This document shows positions 39,671 through 53,755 of a stretch of 64,000 bases of DNA, one piece after another. The position numbers and the translations under genes are program-made. This DNA comes from the human T2T-CHM13v2.0 reference genome, Homo sapiens. Each line of letters begins with the position of its first letter. Positions within the stretch are counted from its first letter, which is position 1. Location of the stretch: NCBI RefSeq assembly GCF_009914755.1, contig NC_060932.1; one strand, 5' to 3'. The notes beneath the pieces were generated by a model. That model saw only the letters and a list, made by a program, of their open reading frames with translations, had not been told where the DNA came from and ran no database searches.

Positions 39671-40444
39671 GACTAGCTCCTAATAATAATTAAAAACAAA
39701 ATTTGATCATATCTCGATGTCCCAGGCTGTCAGCCAGCCCTCTCCTGTAGCATGGGGCTTATTTGCCTCCAGACTCTGCTATCTGGGCTATTTCCCTCAC
39801 CTTCCATGTCACAGGGAATTTGAAAGGAACTGAAGACTGAGCAGGGGCAAAAGAGGCAGCACTGACCATCAGGAAATGGTGTGGCAAGCCTAGTGTCATC
39901 CAGAGTGGGATCCAGGGGAGAACAGTTTGCCAGAAAGGAAAATCGGATAATATTATTAATCGGTTGAGTTGTGGCAGCCGCCAACAAGTGGCTGCCTATC
40001 AAATGTTGAAGACTGCAGAGGATAGTTTATACACAGTATTCCCATTCTCAAAATCGCTGTCCACATTTACCAATGAGGCAAGAGTCTCTGAGGAGTTAAG
40101 TGATGTGGGAAACTCACACAGCCCTCGAGTGTCCCAGGAGGTTTACTTTCTTCAAGCCAATCTCCAGTTCTTTAAGTGACTCTCCCGAGTCATAGGTTCA
40201 CAACCCCTCATGGAAGTAGTCCCTTTGGTGCCCTGAGTATGACACCCATGTCTGACCAGCTCTGGTTTTGTACTAGGGAGCTGGAATAGAGCTGCAAGAA
40301 GCTTCTGGGTTACATCTTACGTGGGAAACAGAGTTTTCAGGCCTAGGAAGAGCCTGTGTCAAGGGAGATGGGGCTATTGCAGTAATGGTGGGTACCCAGT
40401 GACAGCACACTCAAGCTCATAAAAATAAACATCTTCCTTTGCAG

Positions 40445-40510
40445 GTCTGACACCCTTAGAAGGAACTCAAGACACCTTTACCAATTTTCAGCAGGTTTAT
40501 CTCTGGAAAG
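40445..40510 (+). CDS. TG: TG exon 28 (66 nt)
   Basis: tttgcag|GTCTG...AAAG|gtgagc; (S)LTPLEGTQDTFTNFQQVYLWK(D); not in the ORF track, found by reading. Confidence 0.95.
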
Positions 40511-42430
40511 GTGAGCTCCGTGGTGGAAGAGGGGGTTAGCAGGACGCTGATTACATGAGATTGTCTGGCACCACCTCTCATTCACAGGGCACTCTATTTC
40601 TGTAGAGGAATAGGTAGAGAGTCACTTTCCAAATGCATACTTTCTGTGGAATAGAAGGGCTCCAACTCATCAGATAAGATGCCAAAGTCTAAAACAAAAA
40701 TGAATACTGTGGAAACCCAAGAAGGGATGGATAGAGGAAGCACTAGGTTCCCGCGAGATAAAGCTTGCTGACCACAAGACACCCTTGTTCCTAGGAGGGG
40801 AGTTCAGGGCCATTGCAAAGCACAGGAGGCATTTGTCCAAGTGGACTCAGCCCCATGTGCCTTTCACCCTGAGGCCCAGGGACTGGGGACAGGACCCCAG
40901 GCAGGTAGTGCCCTGATCTCCTGCTCAGAGATAATGCTACTCTGGGTGTGTGGGACAGAGTGTGGGAAAAATGGAGAGTCTGACAACATGTATGCTTGGC
41001 ACTTCCCTTCTGTTTCTTTGTCCTCCTTCACGTTTTCTGAATGTTGACCAAGTGCCTACTCAGACCCAGGGAAAATGAAAGGCATTTAGGGGAGAGACGA
41101 GAGGCACAGCCCTGACTATTGAAGGGTTCCGGCCTCAGGAGGGAGCAGATAGAGCAGTGGCCCATCACAGGTCATGGCCATATGTGCTGGGTGAGAGGCA
41201 TGAGAAAAAGCCTCTGACCCCATATTACTTCCTTCCTGTTCCCCTAATCTGTCCTCGCTGATCTTCAGTGTCCCAAGAGAGGATTGGCGACTTGCTTCTA
41301 CATGCTGATAAACTGAAAGAGCAGGAAGGCACAGACTTGGAATGATGGGATGTGAATCCTGTTCCTATCAATCCCCATTCATGTGCCTGGGAGCCCATGG
41401 ACCAGCCCCTCATGCCTAGATTCCCCATGGGTAACGTGCGATACAGACGCCACTGGCCTCAGAATTGCCTGAGCAATAATACATCAATGCACAAAACAAT
41501 GCTGTGGATATCATACATGCTGAGTAATGTTGGTGGGGGTGGTGGTGATGAAGTGAAGAAGGAAGGCAGAAGAGGAGGAGGAGGAAGAGGAGAAAAGGAG
41601 GGGGAGGAGAAAATGAAAAGGAAGGTGTTTACCATCATTTTCATTTTAAAGAGATAAAATGAGATTATGTACTTCTTTTCTCATTTAATTATACCCATAA
41701 TGTAGGCCTAAAGAGGGGGTGATATTTTATTCATTTTCCAGGCAAGGAAAATGAGACTTGGAGAGGATACGTGAAATGCCCATGGTATGCCTGGGAGGTC
41801 CTGGGGTTGAAACCAGACACTGGTAGGAGATCCCAAGTCCAGTACTTCCTAGTTATCAGAAATTTCTGATAAAGTGTTAGCTGATGAAAAATGAGGGACT
41901 TACATTTCTCCAGGACATTTGCCGCACTACAGAGAAGTGCCTTAAGGCCTGCCTGATACCTGCACTGCCACAGGCTCACTCGCTTTCATGGAAGACCTGT
42001 TCCTGACTTGAACATTTAGTTAAATTGTTAAAATTTCTAATTCATTTACTGGCCACTTGAGTGGTCTGGGATAAATTATTTTGCCTCTTTAAGTCTCAGT
42101 TTTCTCAAGAGTAAAATGGAAATCTTGTTCCCTACCTACACAGGGAGTTATAAACAGCAATATTTATGAGCATATTTTGTTAACTCGAAAGGGCTTTGCG
42201 TATGTTAATAATTTCAATATCACAGATAATGATGTTCTATCACTGAGAGGTTGGATGATGTTCCATATAAAAAAGAGTGCAGATCCATGTCAGGGCATCT
42301 GTTGCAGATCTTCTCTAAGTCACCTGGCTTTAGGGCCTGATTTTTCTCACATTGCTACTACCATTTTGTTGACCAGTGGAGTACTACCCATTCTCCCCAA
42401 CATTGCAACAACTCTTTTTTTTCCTCCTAG

Positions 42431-42511
42431 ATTCTGACATGGGGTCTCGGCCTGAGTCTATGGGATGTAGAAAAGACACAGTGCCAAGGCCAGCATCTCC
42501 AACAGAAGCAG
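42431..42511 (+). CDS. TG: TG exon 29 (81 nt)
   Basis: ctcctag|ATTCT...GCAG|gtactg; (D)SDMGSRPESMGCRKDTVPRPASPTEA(G). Confidence 0.95.
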
Positions 42512-43103
42512 GTACTGACCCCCAAACCTTCTTACACACTTGGGTGTCTGAATGCAGAGACTAAATGGGTGCACCAAGAGTTTAATCAATGAACGGACGT
42601 ATTGACATCACTCTATTCTGTATCCATGGACTCTCCTTTAATCTTTTAACCCAATTATCCAGCTCATAAATATGGGAAGCTCCTCAGATGGGCAATTGTC
42701 ACAGAAAGTAAGGCAAAATCACTGCAAATTCATAAGTGTTACTGGAAATGAAGACAACCATAATAATAAAACCTGAAAAAAGAAACAAAGAGCAAGGTTC
42801 ACCTGACTGTGGCCAATGGGCTTCACTTATGTCAGCCCTGAAAAGTATAAACAAAGTGTAAATATTCTGAAATTGTTTCATGAATGACATGTCTGTGAGA
42901 ATCTTTTGCATGTCATGGCATACAGTGAAAGCTGTGATTCCAAACATGAATAGGAACAGTACGTATGTACTGTCTGGACTTCTCTACCTCCAGAGTCTGT
43001 GATTATTATTACTGAGGTGGAGCTGAAACTCAGAGAGAGAGGGAGATCAGCTGCTCAATATGGGCTCAGCAAGGACCAGGAGACAAGACATCTGCATGTG
43101 GTC

Positions 43104-43107
<4 letters not shown>

Positions 43108-43139
<32 letters not shown>
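43108..43139. repeat. (GT)16 microsatellite
   Basis: read directly. Confidence 0.93.
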
Positions 43140-43141
<2 letters not shown>

Positions 43142-44514
43142 TTGCATGCATGGACGCACTGTAGGAATAGGAGTAGGAGCAGAAGGAAAGAAGGAAGGAG
43201 AAGGGAATAAGAAGAGGGAGAGCCAGATCAGACTGCTGGCACAGGAAGGCAGCATGGTACAGGGGAAAAAAACGTCATGCTACAGAGCAGATACTAGAGC
43301 TCGAACCATGTTTCTGCCACTGACTACATGCCTTAGTGCACGGCCATGGGTAATTTGCTTCCCTGCTAAGATCCCTGGATTCATGTGTAAAAGAATCTTG
43401 TCTACCTCTTATCCCGTTAGATAGCAACCACTTGGCACAGTGCCTGGTACTTAACACATGCCTAAAAAATGCCCAGCACCCTGCCCTCCCCTGCTTGATC
43501 AGGCGTTGTGTTTGTGATCCTCAACCTCGGCAGTGCCTTTGAGGGGCAGCCACACAGCTTGTGATAATGTAAATGTGTGTGAGTTAGTGGCACTTGAGAA
43601 GGTTCTGTCAAATCCATCATCACACACTACTTTAGGGCTACTTTAGGGCAGCATCTGCAAAACTCTCACATGATTCACACAAGATGCTCCCCCTGCCCCC
43701 TGCTTTCTTCCCTCTCCCCTAGAAGGGGAGCTTGGCCCCCACTGGAGACCTTGCGGGGAGTCAGGGTGAATAGACAAGGCTCAGCTCAGTTTTCCCTTTC
43801 TCAGTTGATTGCATTCCTGGGCTCAAGTAGATAAAGTGCCTGGAGAAAAAAATCACATTGAGTCCAGGCCGAGTGGCATCTCCACGTGGGCTCGTTTACT
43901 CAGACGGTGCTTCTCAGGGTCCATGAGAATGGCCTCTCTGATTCAGAGGACAGTGAGGAATCTTCCCCTTTGTGTATCAGGTTACTCCCATCAGTCTGAA
44001 TGTTTGAGACAAACCCAGGAAGCCAACGAGAGTGATTGGTCTCATTGCTTTTAAGGAGGGCACATAGTTTTAAGAGAAATAGGAAATGGCTTAATCTAAT
44101 ACGGCACGTAAACCAGGTATAAGATGAAGTGGCTACAGTATTCATTCTTTCATCCAACCAGACATTTTTGAGCACATGTGGCTGTGGCCTTGGACATTCA
44201 CAGGCTAGTGAGAATTCCATGTGCCAGCCACTGCATGACAGTGTGGCAAGGGATGCAATGTGGACAGGTGTCGGTTGCAGTGAGAATGCAGGAGAAGGAA
44301 TGCTAGCAGCCTGCAGGGGCCAGGAAAGGTTTCTCGGAGGAGGCCAGAAGGATCTGCCAGATGCTCCCAGGTATACCTGAGAAAAGGTGTTCCAGGTAAG
44401 GGGAACACCTGTGCCAAGGCTCTGAGAGCAGGTGTGCCTTCAGTCCTGCTGCCTTGTTTCTCTTCTCTTTCTGCTTTCTTGAGGGGCAATCTGTGATTTC
44501 CCTGAGCTCCTACT

Positions 44515-44727
44515 TTGTGCCAGGCATGGTTCAATGGGGAGACCCACATGGGGACTGGCCATTATACAATCATGTGAGATGAAGGCTGGGGAGGCAATAT
44601 GATCTCTGAGGTCTCTGTCCTCTTGTGCCAGGCATGGTTCAGTGAGGAAACAGGCTTGGGAACTGGCCATCATACAATCACATGAGATGCAGGCTGGGAT
44701 GGTGACATGGTCTCTGGTGTCTCTGCC
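44515..44727. repeat. Diverged 108-bp tandem duplication, 2 copies
   Basis: ttgtgccaggcatggttca...actggccat.atacaatca..tgagatg.aggctggg...tctctg starts at 44515 and 44623. Confidence 0.85.
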
Positions 44728-45858
44728 AGCACTAAACTTCTGACCTTTCCAAGTACTCATAAAGCCTTTACCTTGTCCAGTGGTTCTTTCTAGTGAAGAA
44801 GCTCAGTCTCCTTGAGCCTGCTTTATGAAGTGTGGAAAATGGCTGCTGACAAGCACTACAAGGAAAGTGCAGGGCCCAAGTCCACAGCAAAGTGGAGGTA
44901 TATATGGGATGTAGTGCCCCTTATACAGAGCCCTGAATGAATGGACATTGCAAACATTCCCCAGCTCATCTCCCTGATCTGCATCTTGCCATCGTTGTAC
45001 ATCCCCCTGGAAGACAGAGCCCTCCAAGGTTACAGAGCTATCCCCACTGGGCCTGGGTGTTGGGGTCCTTGGCCCTATAGAACCTCTTTATAGAGTCACA
45101 GGACATCAGAGCCAGAGGGATCAAAGCTGATCCTCAAAGCACAAGCTGCACTAGCTGGGTGGTGGAGGAAGGTGTAATGGAGCTTGAGCCAACAGAGGGA
45201 AGAGCATGAGCAATTGCATGGGGACTGCAAACAGTGTGGTGATGAGCTAGAGTTAGCAGGGCTGTTGTGTTGCTGAAGTGCAAATCAAGACAATCCGAGT
45301 TGAGGCTGAAAATGCAAGTAGAGCCCAGATTAAGAAAAGAATCTGGACTTATTTTCTGTAGGCAGTGGAGACTCCAGGAAGAGCTGGGATCATGGCATGT
45401 AAATACCTGAAGACAGAGTCAGGGAATGGTTGAGCTAAAACTTTCAAGTTTGGGTTAAGTGGAGCTGAAAGCTGACTTTGTAGATGAAGACTACCATTTT
45501 GGAGAGAGGCTGGACTTCCATGTGGCTTCAGAAGACAAAAAGAGGATCAGTGGTTCAAAGTTACAAAAAGAGGACTTGACTATACAACTTCCTAATGATG
45601 GAGTGGGCTGCTGTGGTTAGCACAATGATGTCATGTGGAGCTATAGAGGCATTAGACAGAAGTCTCCAGGGGAAAACTTCTGCATTAGGTGAAAAGGTGG
45701 ACCAGATAACTTCCAAGGCTTTATCCAAACCCAGAGTCTAAGATTTTGCCATCCCATAATTTTTAGGACTTCCTGGGGCCTTCTGAACTATTCCTGTCTG
45801 ACCCAACTCCCAGCTCTACTGACTTCAATCCTGCTCTGGTTTCACACAGCATAAAAAT

Positions 45859-45926
45859 GTCTCTGTCTCTATCTCTGACACTTTCTCTCTCTGTCTCTCT
45901 CTCTGTGTGTGTGTGTGTGTGTGTGT
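45859..45926. repeat. Compound (TC)n(TG)n STR in intron 29 (probably marker TGrI29)
   Basis: read directly; marker identity recalled. Confidence 0.8.
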
Positions 45927-45998
45927 TTCTTTCTTGTGTTTTTCTCATATTCACTAGAGTTAAAGGTGCAGGAAGTTGACTCCCTGCTTCTTTTTCAG

Positions 45999-46136
45999 GT
46001 TTGACAACAGAACTTTTCTCCCCTGTGGACCTCAACCAGGTCATTGTCAATGGAAATCAATCACTATCCAGCCAGAAGCACTGGCTTTTCAAGCACCTGT
46101 TTTCAGCCCAGCAGGCAAACCTATGGTGCCTTTCTC
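45999..46136 (+). CDS. TG: TG exon 30 (138 nt)
   Basis: ttttcag|GTTTG...TCTC|gtaagt; (G)LTTELFSPVDLNQVIVNGNQSLSSQKHWLFKHLFSAQQANLWCLS(R); NQS sequon. Confidence 0.96.
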
Positions 46137-46349
46137 GTAAGTATCCTTAGAACTCATTCTTCTTCTTCCAGACACTGTAGTCAGGCATCACAGGCCAAGT
46201 CTGGCAACTCCTGAGACACAGATAAGGCCAAATTTTGTGTCATAACTCATGGATCACTGTGGATGATATAAAAGAAAGATAGCACATAACCCATATCTTC
46301 AAGAAGGTTACAGTGTAGTTAATCTCTACTCTGCTTCCATAACCTATCT

Positions 46350-46703
46350 TCATCCACCTGTCTCTCCATCTATCCGTCCATTCACCCATCCATCCATCCA
46401 TCCATCTACCCATCCATCCCATTCATCCATCCATCTACCCATTTATCCATCCCATCCATCCTTCCATCCCATCCACCCATCCATCCATCCATCCATCCAT
46501 CCATCCCATTCATCCGTCCATCTTTGCATCCCATCCATCCATCCATTCGATCCATCCATCCATCCATCCATCCATCCATCCATCCATCCATCCACCCATC
46601 CAACCATCCATCCATCCATGTATCCATGTATCCATCCCATCCAACCATCCATCCATCCATCCATCCATCCATCCATCCATCCATCCATCTATCCATCCAT
46701 CCA
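46350..46703. repeat. Complex (ATCC)n tetranucleotide array in intron 30 (probably marker TGrI30)
   Basis: ~350 bp of interrupted ATCC units; marker identity recalled. Confidence 0.9.
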
Positions 46704-47232
46704 TTTGGCAGTTATTAAGTATGCATTATGTTCAAAGCTTTGTGTTTGATTTTGGAGAAGAAAGAGAACACCCAAAATGAATCAAATCAACCATGTTCCT
46801 TGCCCTTGGGGAGCTCATATATACCAGGGGCACAGGCTGACTTGGGCACAGGTGCAGGGAGACCATTCACAAAGTTCACAGTTTTTACAGTCCTGTGACC
46901 TCTGGTCTGCAGATCCTGACTTCCTCTGAGATGGCCATGGGTAGATCCAATGCAATGTTACTCTTTTGCCTCTTGTATTGCTGAGTTTGAGGTTTGTCCC
47001 TTATGCCTTCAACTCTGCCTTTATTCAGGAGCACACGGCCCCCTCCCCAGCTAGCAGAACCCCAGCGTTTTTGCATGGGCCTTCCAGACTGGATGATCAT
47101 GACAGTCTCAGGCCTCTGCCCTAACTAGGAGGGATCTCTACCAGGCATTTCCCCACCCAGAGAATCCTGTAGAGATTATTCTCCCCTGTAGACCCCACAA
47201 AAACTAAAATCACACTACTCTCTTGCCTGTAG

Positions 47233-47409
47233 GTTGTGTGCAGGAGCACTCTTTCTGTCAGCTCGCAGAGATAACAGAGAGTGCATCCTTGTACTTCACC
47301 TGCACCCTCTACCCAGAGGCACAGGTGTGTGATGACATCATGGAGTCCAATGCCCAGGGCTGCAGACTGATCCTGCCTCAGATGCCAAAGGCCCTGTTCC
47401 GGAAGAAAG
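47233..47409 (+). CDS. TG: TG exon 31 (177 nt)
   Basis: ctgtag|GTTGT...AAAG|gtgagc; (R)CVQEHSFCQLAEITESASLYFTCTLYPEAQVCDDIMESNAQGCRLILPQMPKALFRKK(V). Confidence 0.96.
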
Positions 47410-48896
47410 GTGAGCACTTGGAGAGATCTGCATAAACTGTATTTCCAATGTTCTGCTGGCTCTGTGGTTTTAGAAAGATCCACATTAGTTTCTTATTTAA
47501 AAAACATTTTCTTTATACTTTTATTGGTTTCAAGAAGATGGGAACATGGATCCAAACTTTCACGGTTAGAATCAATAAACTACTACGTAATTGTCTCAGT
47601 TTAAACAAAAAATATGAAAAAGGGTTATTTGGGGGCAGTATTTCAATGCAGAAGTGGGCTTTAAAAAAATAAAACCCAAAATGTTTATTCACACTTAAAA
47701 CTAATTTATTCTTCTTTTAAAAGTAAAGTTATTCATGTTCCTTGTAGAGATGTGAAGCCATTTAGAACTGCATCAATTTGACAATAGAAAATAATCCTCT
47801 CCTAAGACAGCCACCTTTAATACATGCATCAGAATCCCATTTGGCTGTATATTACAAGGAATGTCAGCAACAGTGACTTTAACAAGATAGAAGGTGATTT
47901 TCTCTCCCAGGCCATTAATGATGCCATATTTTTGGAGATTTTTTTTAACCCCATACAGTCTGTTTTCTCCAGATGTTGTCACCTTTCATTTACTGTTCTA
48001 TCTTCTCTGTTGGATGTCTTTCTCAGATGTCCAGTGACCCTTATTTTTCCACTCGAATGTCAAAGGGGTCCACAAGCTGACTGGGCAGCCCCAAATGTGT
48101 GGTGGGAACTTGTTGACTCTAGGTTTCTTTGAGGGATAATCCTGTTGGGTTGCCCTTTGGGGAATTCCTCATGCCAGTATTTTTAGGTTCCTCCTTCAGA
48201 GGAGTTTCTCAACACCTGGCCTTGGGGCACGAACCTGGCTCCTGGTGGTTTGGGCACCAAATAAATTTGGAAAATGTCGGGGGGACACCTCAATATTCAT
48301 TATGCAGGCTGACTTGAAAGAATCTCCTACTTTCTGTGAAGTGCTCATGCCATGGTTTGTATCTGATGCACCCAAGAGATCCTCTCTTCTGTCGTCCTGA
48401 GAGAACGAACCTTCTATCTTCTTCCGTGGTGGGGAGAGGGCTGTTGTCAGCTGCGGAGAGGAGAGGAGAGCATCTAGAGGCCAAATAGCTTCTTAAAGAA
48501 ATTCCAGCCAGTACTTCTGTTTGGGCCACCTTCACCCCCAGGGCTGCCATACTTAAACCTTGTGGGATTCCAGAGGGCAGATGGCGTTGCTTCTTTGTTC
48601 TTTCCACAGAAAAGTTGAGTAGTTTTCTTGGTCTGTTAGGCCTATTTTTATTTCTCCATATGCTTTCTAGCTTCCAACATTTTGTTGCTGTGTCTCCATT
48701 TTTTTAAAAAAAATCTTTGTCCCTGTGGACTTGCCATCATTTTAGTGAGATTTGAGTTAGGAAATGAGGTTTAATATGAATTTAATATGTCATCTTTAAT
48801 TGGAAACTTTCAGTCTGTATTTTACTCATTTGTCCTCATATTTTCATGACTACAGCAAATCTCTAAGTAATGTATTTTCTTTCTTCCTCTATGAAG

Positions 48897-49008
48897 TTAT
48901 ACTGGAAGATAAAGTGAAGAACTTTTACACTCGCCTGCCGTTCCAAAAACTGATGGGGATATCCATTAGAAATAAAGTGCCCATGTCTGAAAAATCTATT
49001 TCTAATGG
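48897..49008 (+). CDS. TG: TG exon 32 (112 nt)
   Basis: atgaag|TTATA...ATGG|gtaagc (AAG acceptor); (V)ILEDKVKNFYTRLPFQKLMGISIRNKVPMSEKSISN(G). Confidence 0.95.
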
Positions 49009-49098
49009 GTAAGCTACTTGTGTCTCACCCCTAATGTTTATTATGAATAATACTTCCTCAAAGAAGATGACACAATCACAGCTAAAAACAGAAGCATA

Positions 49099-49456
<358 letters not shown>

Positions 49457-51232
49457 TTACTGATAGTAAACACAACATTTAGCCTTGAACTACTCGCTGG
49501 ATGATGAAAGAGCCACCGAGCATTATTTAATATAAATTATCAAGTATGGTACTAAATTTGATTGTCAAAACCTCACATTGCAGTGCTCAGAATCTGGAGA
49601 GCAAGTGGAAATTTTAACAGACTCATATACATATAAATAATTTTTATTTTTTATTTTTAAAATTTATTTTATGATTGATTTATTTGCTTAGTCATTATTT
49701 AGTTGTTTTAATTGAAGATGATGTCTCTCCTAGTATTGTCTGTGGATCTTACCCATTAGAATCACCCGGAGAGCTGAATGTGAATTCTAATGGGTGAGAT
49801 CCACAGATCTGTATTCTTGGGTCCTATTTATAAACTGCATCCTTGGGTCCTATTTCAAACCTGCTGAATCAGCATTTCCTGGGATGGAGTTCAAGAATCT
49901 GACCTTTAAGGAAGCTTCCCCTGGTGATTCTTTTATACTTAAAAATTCAAGTGTCATCCATTCATGAACCATTGATCTATGAAGTGCTCTTGAGTTATGA
50001 CTGAATCATGTTGCTGGTGCTTAAGATCTACTTTTGAAAATGGGGGTAAAAAGATGAGGCAGGCTAGTCTGTCTTGAGATTCAGCTGGACACCACTGTGC
50101 TGATGGGAGTGGTGGATGAAAAGGAGGGTTGGAACCAGGGATCAGCCTGACCGCGGAGCTGTGATGGGAACTAGGGGAGTAGATTGTGCGTCTGGACTCA
50201 GGAAAATGTAGTTGGCTGGGAAAATCCATGGTCCAGACTGGATCTTAGAAATGAGCTTCCAAGATAGGAAAAGGAAGCAGTAAGTGGACAGGTTAGCAGA
50301 GAACTAGGAGATGGAAAAGCAGAGAGGTGACTTGCAGGCATCAGGGCACAGATGCTGCCAACATTGGAGATGCTGCCCAGCAGGTAAAAGCATCACCGCT
50401 GGGATGTGGCTTGGGTTCAGGGAAGGAGAATGGCAATACGAGGCAGGATCCCCTCACCAAGAAGGGGCTAAGTGTTTGAGAAAGCTCTCAGGAGTCACGA
50501 ATGAGTGGTCAGACTGGAGCAGAGTGGTCGGGGCAGGGGAAACTTGGAATTGACCCCAGAAACATTGGTTTGGAGCCATTAAGTCCCTCCTGCCATGAAT
50601 AGCCCTAGAAGCTGAGGGTGGGGCTTAGTTATTGAGTGGATAAGAAGGTCAGTCTTGAGAGAGCCTGGCTGGGTGGGCTGACCCAGTAAACCGAAATGCA
50701 TTGGTAGAGAGTGATTATCCACGTTGTACACTGAGTAAGAGGGGAAGTGAAGGGGAGCACAGGCTCGGCTCTGGCTGCTTACACAGGCCCTTGGCTGGGT
50801 CACCCTGACTGTAAGCCTATGGACTCTCCTCTTTCTAGAAATGCCTTCCCTGTTATTTCTTTATTTTCCCAGTGTCCAAAGCTGAGACCTTCTGCTTACC
50901 TGAAAGGATTGAAAGAGTACATTCTGGATCCTGGGTTAGCTTGGTTGGAGCCTGGCACATAATAGGCACAGAATATATGCATGATGAATGAATGGGTGAA
51001 TAAATGATTAATGGCAGGACAGTATTCCTGAGAGGAGTAGAATTTTGTTTTCAGAAAGAACCTCAAAGCTAAGAATCCACTCATGCATATTGACCAAAGC
51101 ACCCCCAGTTTAAGTAGGGGGTAAAAAAATAAGCTAGTTCCCCAAAGCAAGAATGACTACCATCAGCCCACCCAGTAGGTCCTGGGTCACCAGTGAAAAC
51201 CTTCAGGCCTGCTCTTTCTCTTCCTATGCCAG

Positions 51233-51312
51233 GTTCTTTGAATGTGAACGACGGTGCGATGCGGACCCATGCTGCACTGGCTTTGGATTTCTAAATGTTT
51301 CCCAGTTAAAAG
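51233..51312 (+). CDS. TG: TG exon 33 (80 nt)
   Basis: tgccag|GTTCT...AAAG|gtaata; (G)FFECERRCDADPCCTGFGFLNVSQLK(G); NVS sequon. Confidence 0.96.
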
Positions 51313-51609
51313 GTAATAATGGTAACAACTTCCTCTCCCCTGCGCACAGTACTCTGCAGTTTAGAAAACACATTCACATCTATGCTTTTACAAATCCTCA
51401 GCATCTCCTATCCTCGTTCACAGATAAGGAAATGGGGGCTTGGAGAGGGCAACTGGCTAATAAATGTGGTAGCTGAGACATGGCTCCTAGTCCAGTGATC
51501 ATCACTTTACATGTGCAGTTCTACCTGGCCAAACTTCCTTCCTTCTACTCTTGGCTTGGATATCTTTTGTTCATCTTTCAACACTTAGGCCAAGCAGCTT
51601 GGCGAACTT

Positions 51610-51830
51610 TGGATCCATTTGCATGATGTGTACTTAATGCTTGGTTGATTCCCTTACTAGTGTGTGATTCTGGAAAAGTCACTTAATCTCCCTGAGCCTC
51701 TGTTTCCTCCTCATCTGTATATAGGGCTACCAAAGCTACCTTCCTCGTAAGGTTATGTGAGGACCAAGTGAAGTGATACCAACAGAGACCTAGCACAGCC
51801 CTAAGCACATGTTAGGTGCTTGATAAGTAG
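51610..51830 (+). mobile_element. MIR
   Basis: ttactagtgtgtgattctggaaaagtcacttaatctccctgagcctctgtttcctc... Confidence 0.62.
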
Positions 51831-52037
51831 CTCTATCCCTTTGCTCTTAGATCAGAGGCTCCTTGAGTTCAGGTACCAGGTTTTTCAGCAGTGGCTGAGA
51901 TAGTATCTGAAATATAGTGGTGTATCCCAAATGTCTGCTGAACAATGTACTTGCAGAATTTTTCTCATTTATTAGACTCTTCCATTGTACTCAGTTTCCT
52001 GATTGTGGTTTTTTTTTTTTTTTTTTTTCCACCCCAG

Positions 52038-52181
52038 GAGGAGAGGTGACATGTCTCACTCTGAACAGCTTGGGAATTCAGATGTGCAGTGAGGAGAATG
52101 GAGGAGCCTGGCGCATTTTGGACTGTGGCTCTCCTGACATTGAAGTCCACACCTATCCCTTCGGATGGTACCAGAAGCCCA
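52038..52181 (+). CDS. TG: TG exon 34 (144 nt)
   Basis: T20 tract..ccccag|GAGGA...CCCA|gtaagt; (G)GEVTCLTLNSLGIQMCSEENGGAWRILDCGSPDIEVHTYPFGWYQKP(I). Confidence 0.96.
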
Positions 52182-53363
52182 GTAAGTACCCTTCTCATGA
52201 CAGCTATATGGACGTCTTTAGTTAACTATTTCCCAGCCATGCATTAGGACAATATTCTTGGATTGGTGAGTAGATTAATGAAGACTCATTGGGTTCAAGC
52301 AACAGAAATGGATTCTGTTTAACTTAAGCAGACAAGAAACTTATTGAAAGTTTGCTCATTGACTCAAAGGAAGGATGAGCAACTAGGTCTCAGTAAAGAC
52401 GGAAATGGACCATTTCCATGGATGTATGTAACAAGAACAAATAGGCAACTTCTTCAGTGTGCCATGATCATCATTAATCTGCTCCATAGGGTTTAGTGGT
52501 TATATTCAACCTTTAAATTCAAGGAGGAGAGTTTGGTCCCACCTGGGCTTAGTCAGCACGCTGCCAGAGGGAGAGTGGGACAGCTTGACGGTCCTAACAA
52601 GATGGTATGCACTAGGATAGGGGGTGTTCCTCAAACAGTAGTGAAGGCACTGTTGCTGGACAGGCAAAATCAATAGATATAGACTCTGGCACATTTCCTT
52701 GGTTTTCTTACCTTGACAATCAAGACAATGTAGCACATGGTAGTCCCATGGAGGAAAACGGGGACAACCAATGTGTATTTGACAATGCATATAGAGTTAG
52801 GACTTCAGGGCCAAGGCAGCATTGACCCAACATGGGTCCTTAAAGTATGATTCTGATTATATCTATGTGGCACGTTTTAGGAGCTCAATTTGAAATTGAT
52901 GAAGGAATGAATGGCATTTACAGTGTGGCATAAGAGCTCCTGGACTCAGATAAGGAGACATTAGGTTTGTTCCAACTCTGCCATCTACTTACTATGGGTT
53001 TGTCTTTCGGAAAGTCACACCACTTCCTCAGTTTTTCCATTGGTGAAAACAGCGAATGAGACTCACTATGATTCTGTCACCGCTTACATCACATGTGTTT
53101 ATGGTATGGATAGATTTGGGGAATAGTGGGCAGCCACATGGAAACTAGACATCTTCATCCCGTGTCCCAGAAGCAAATTCACAAAGATGTCCCAGATCCA
53201 AAAAGATGGAACACCCTGTGTTCAACTAGGAGGAGTCAAATTAGAGAGAGGCTGAGCAGAGGTTTAGTATTTCCAACTTCTCCCACTAGTGGCTTCCTTA
53301 TTAGTTTCAGAGTAAATATATGGGGAATTCTGGCTCTTACTTAGCACTTGCCCTAGAAAATAG

Positions 53364-53755
<392 letters not shown>

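Noticed and set aside
46240-46718. MDGW/IHPS repeat ORFs
   Set aside because: Translations of the (ATCC)n array.
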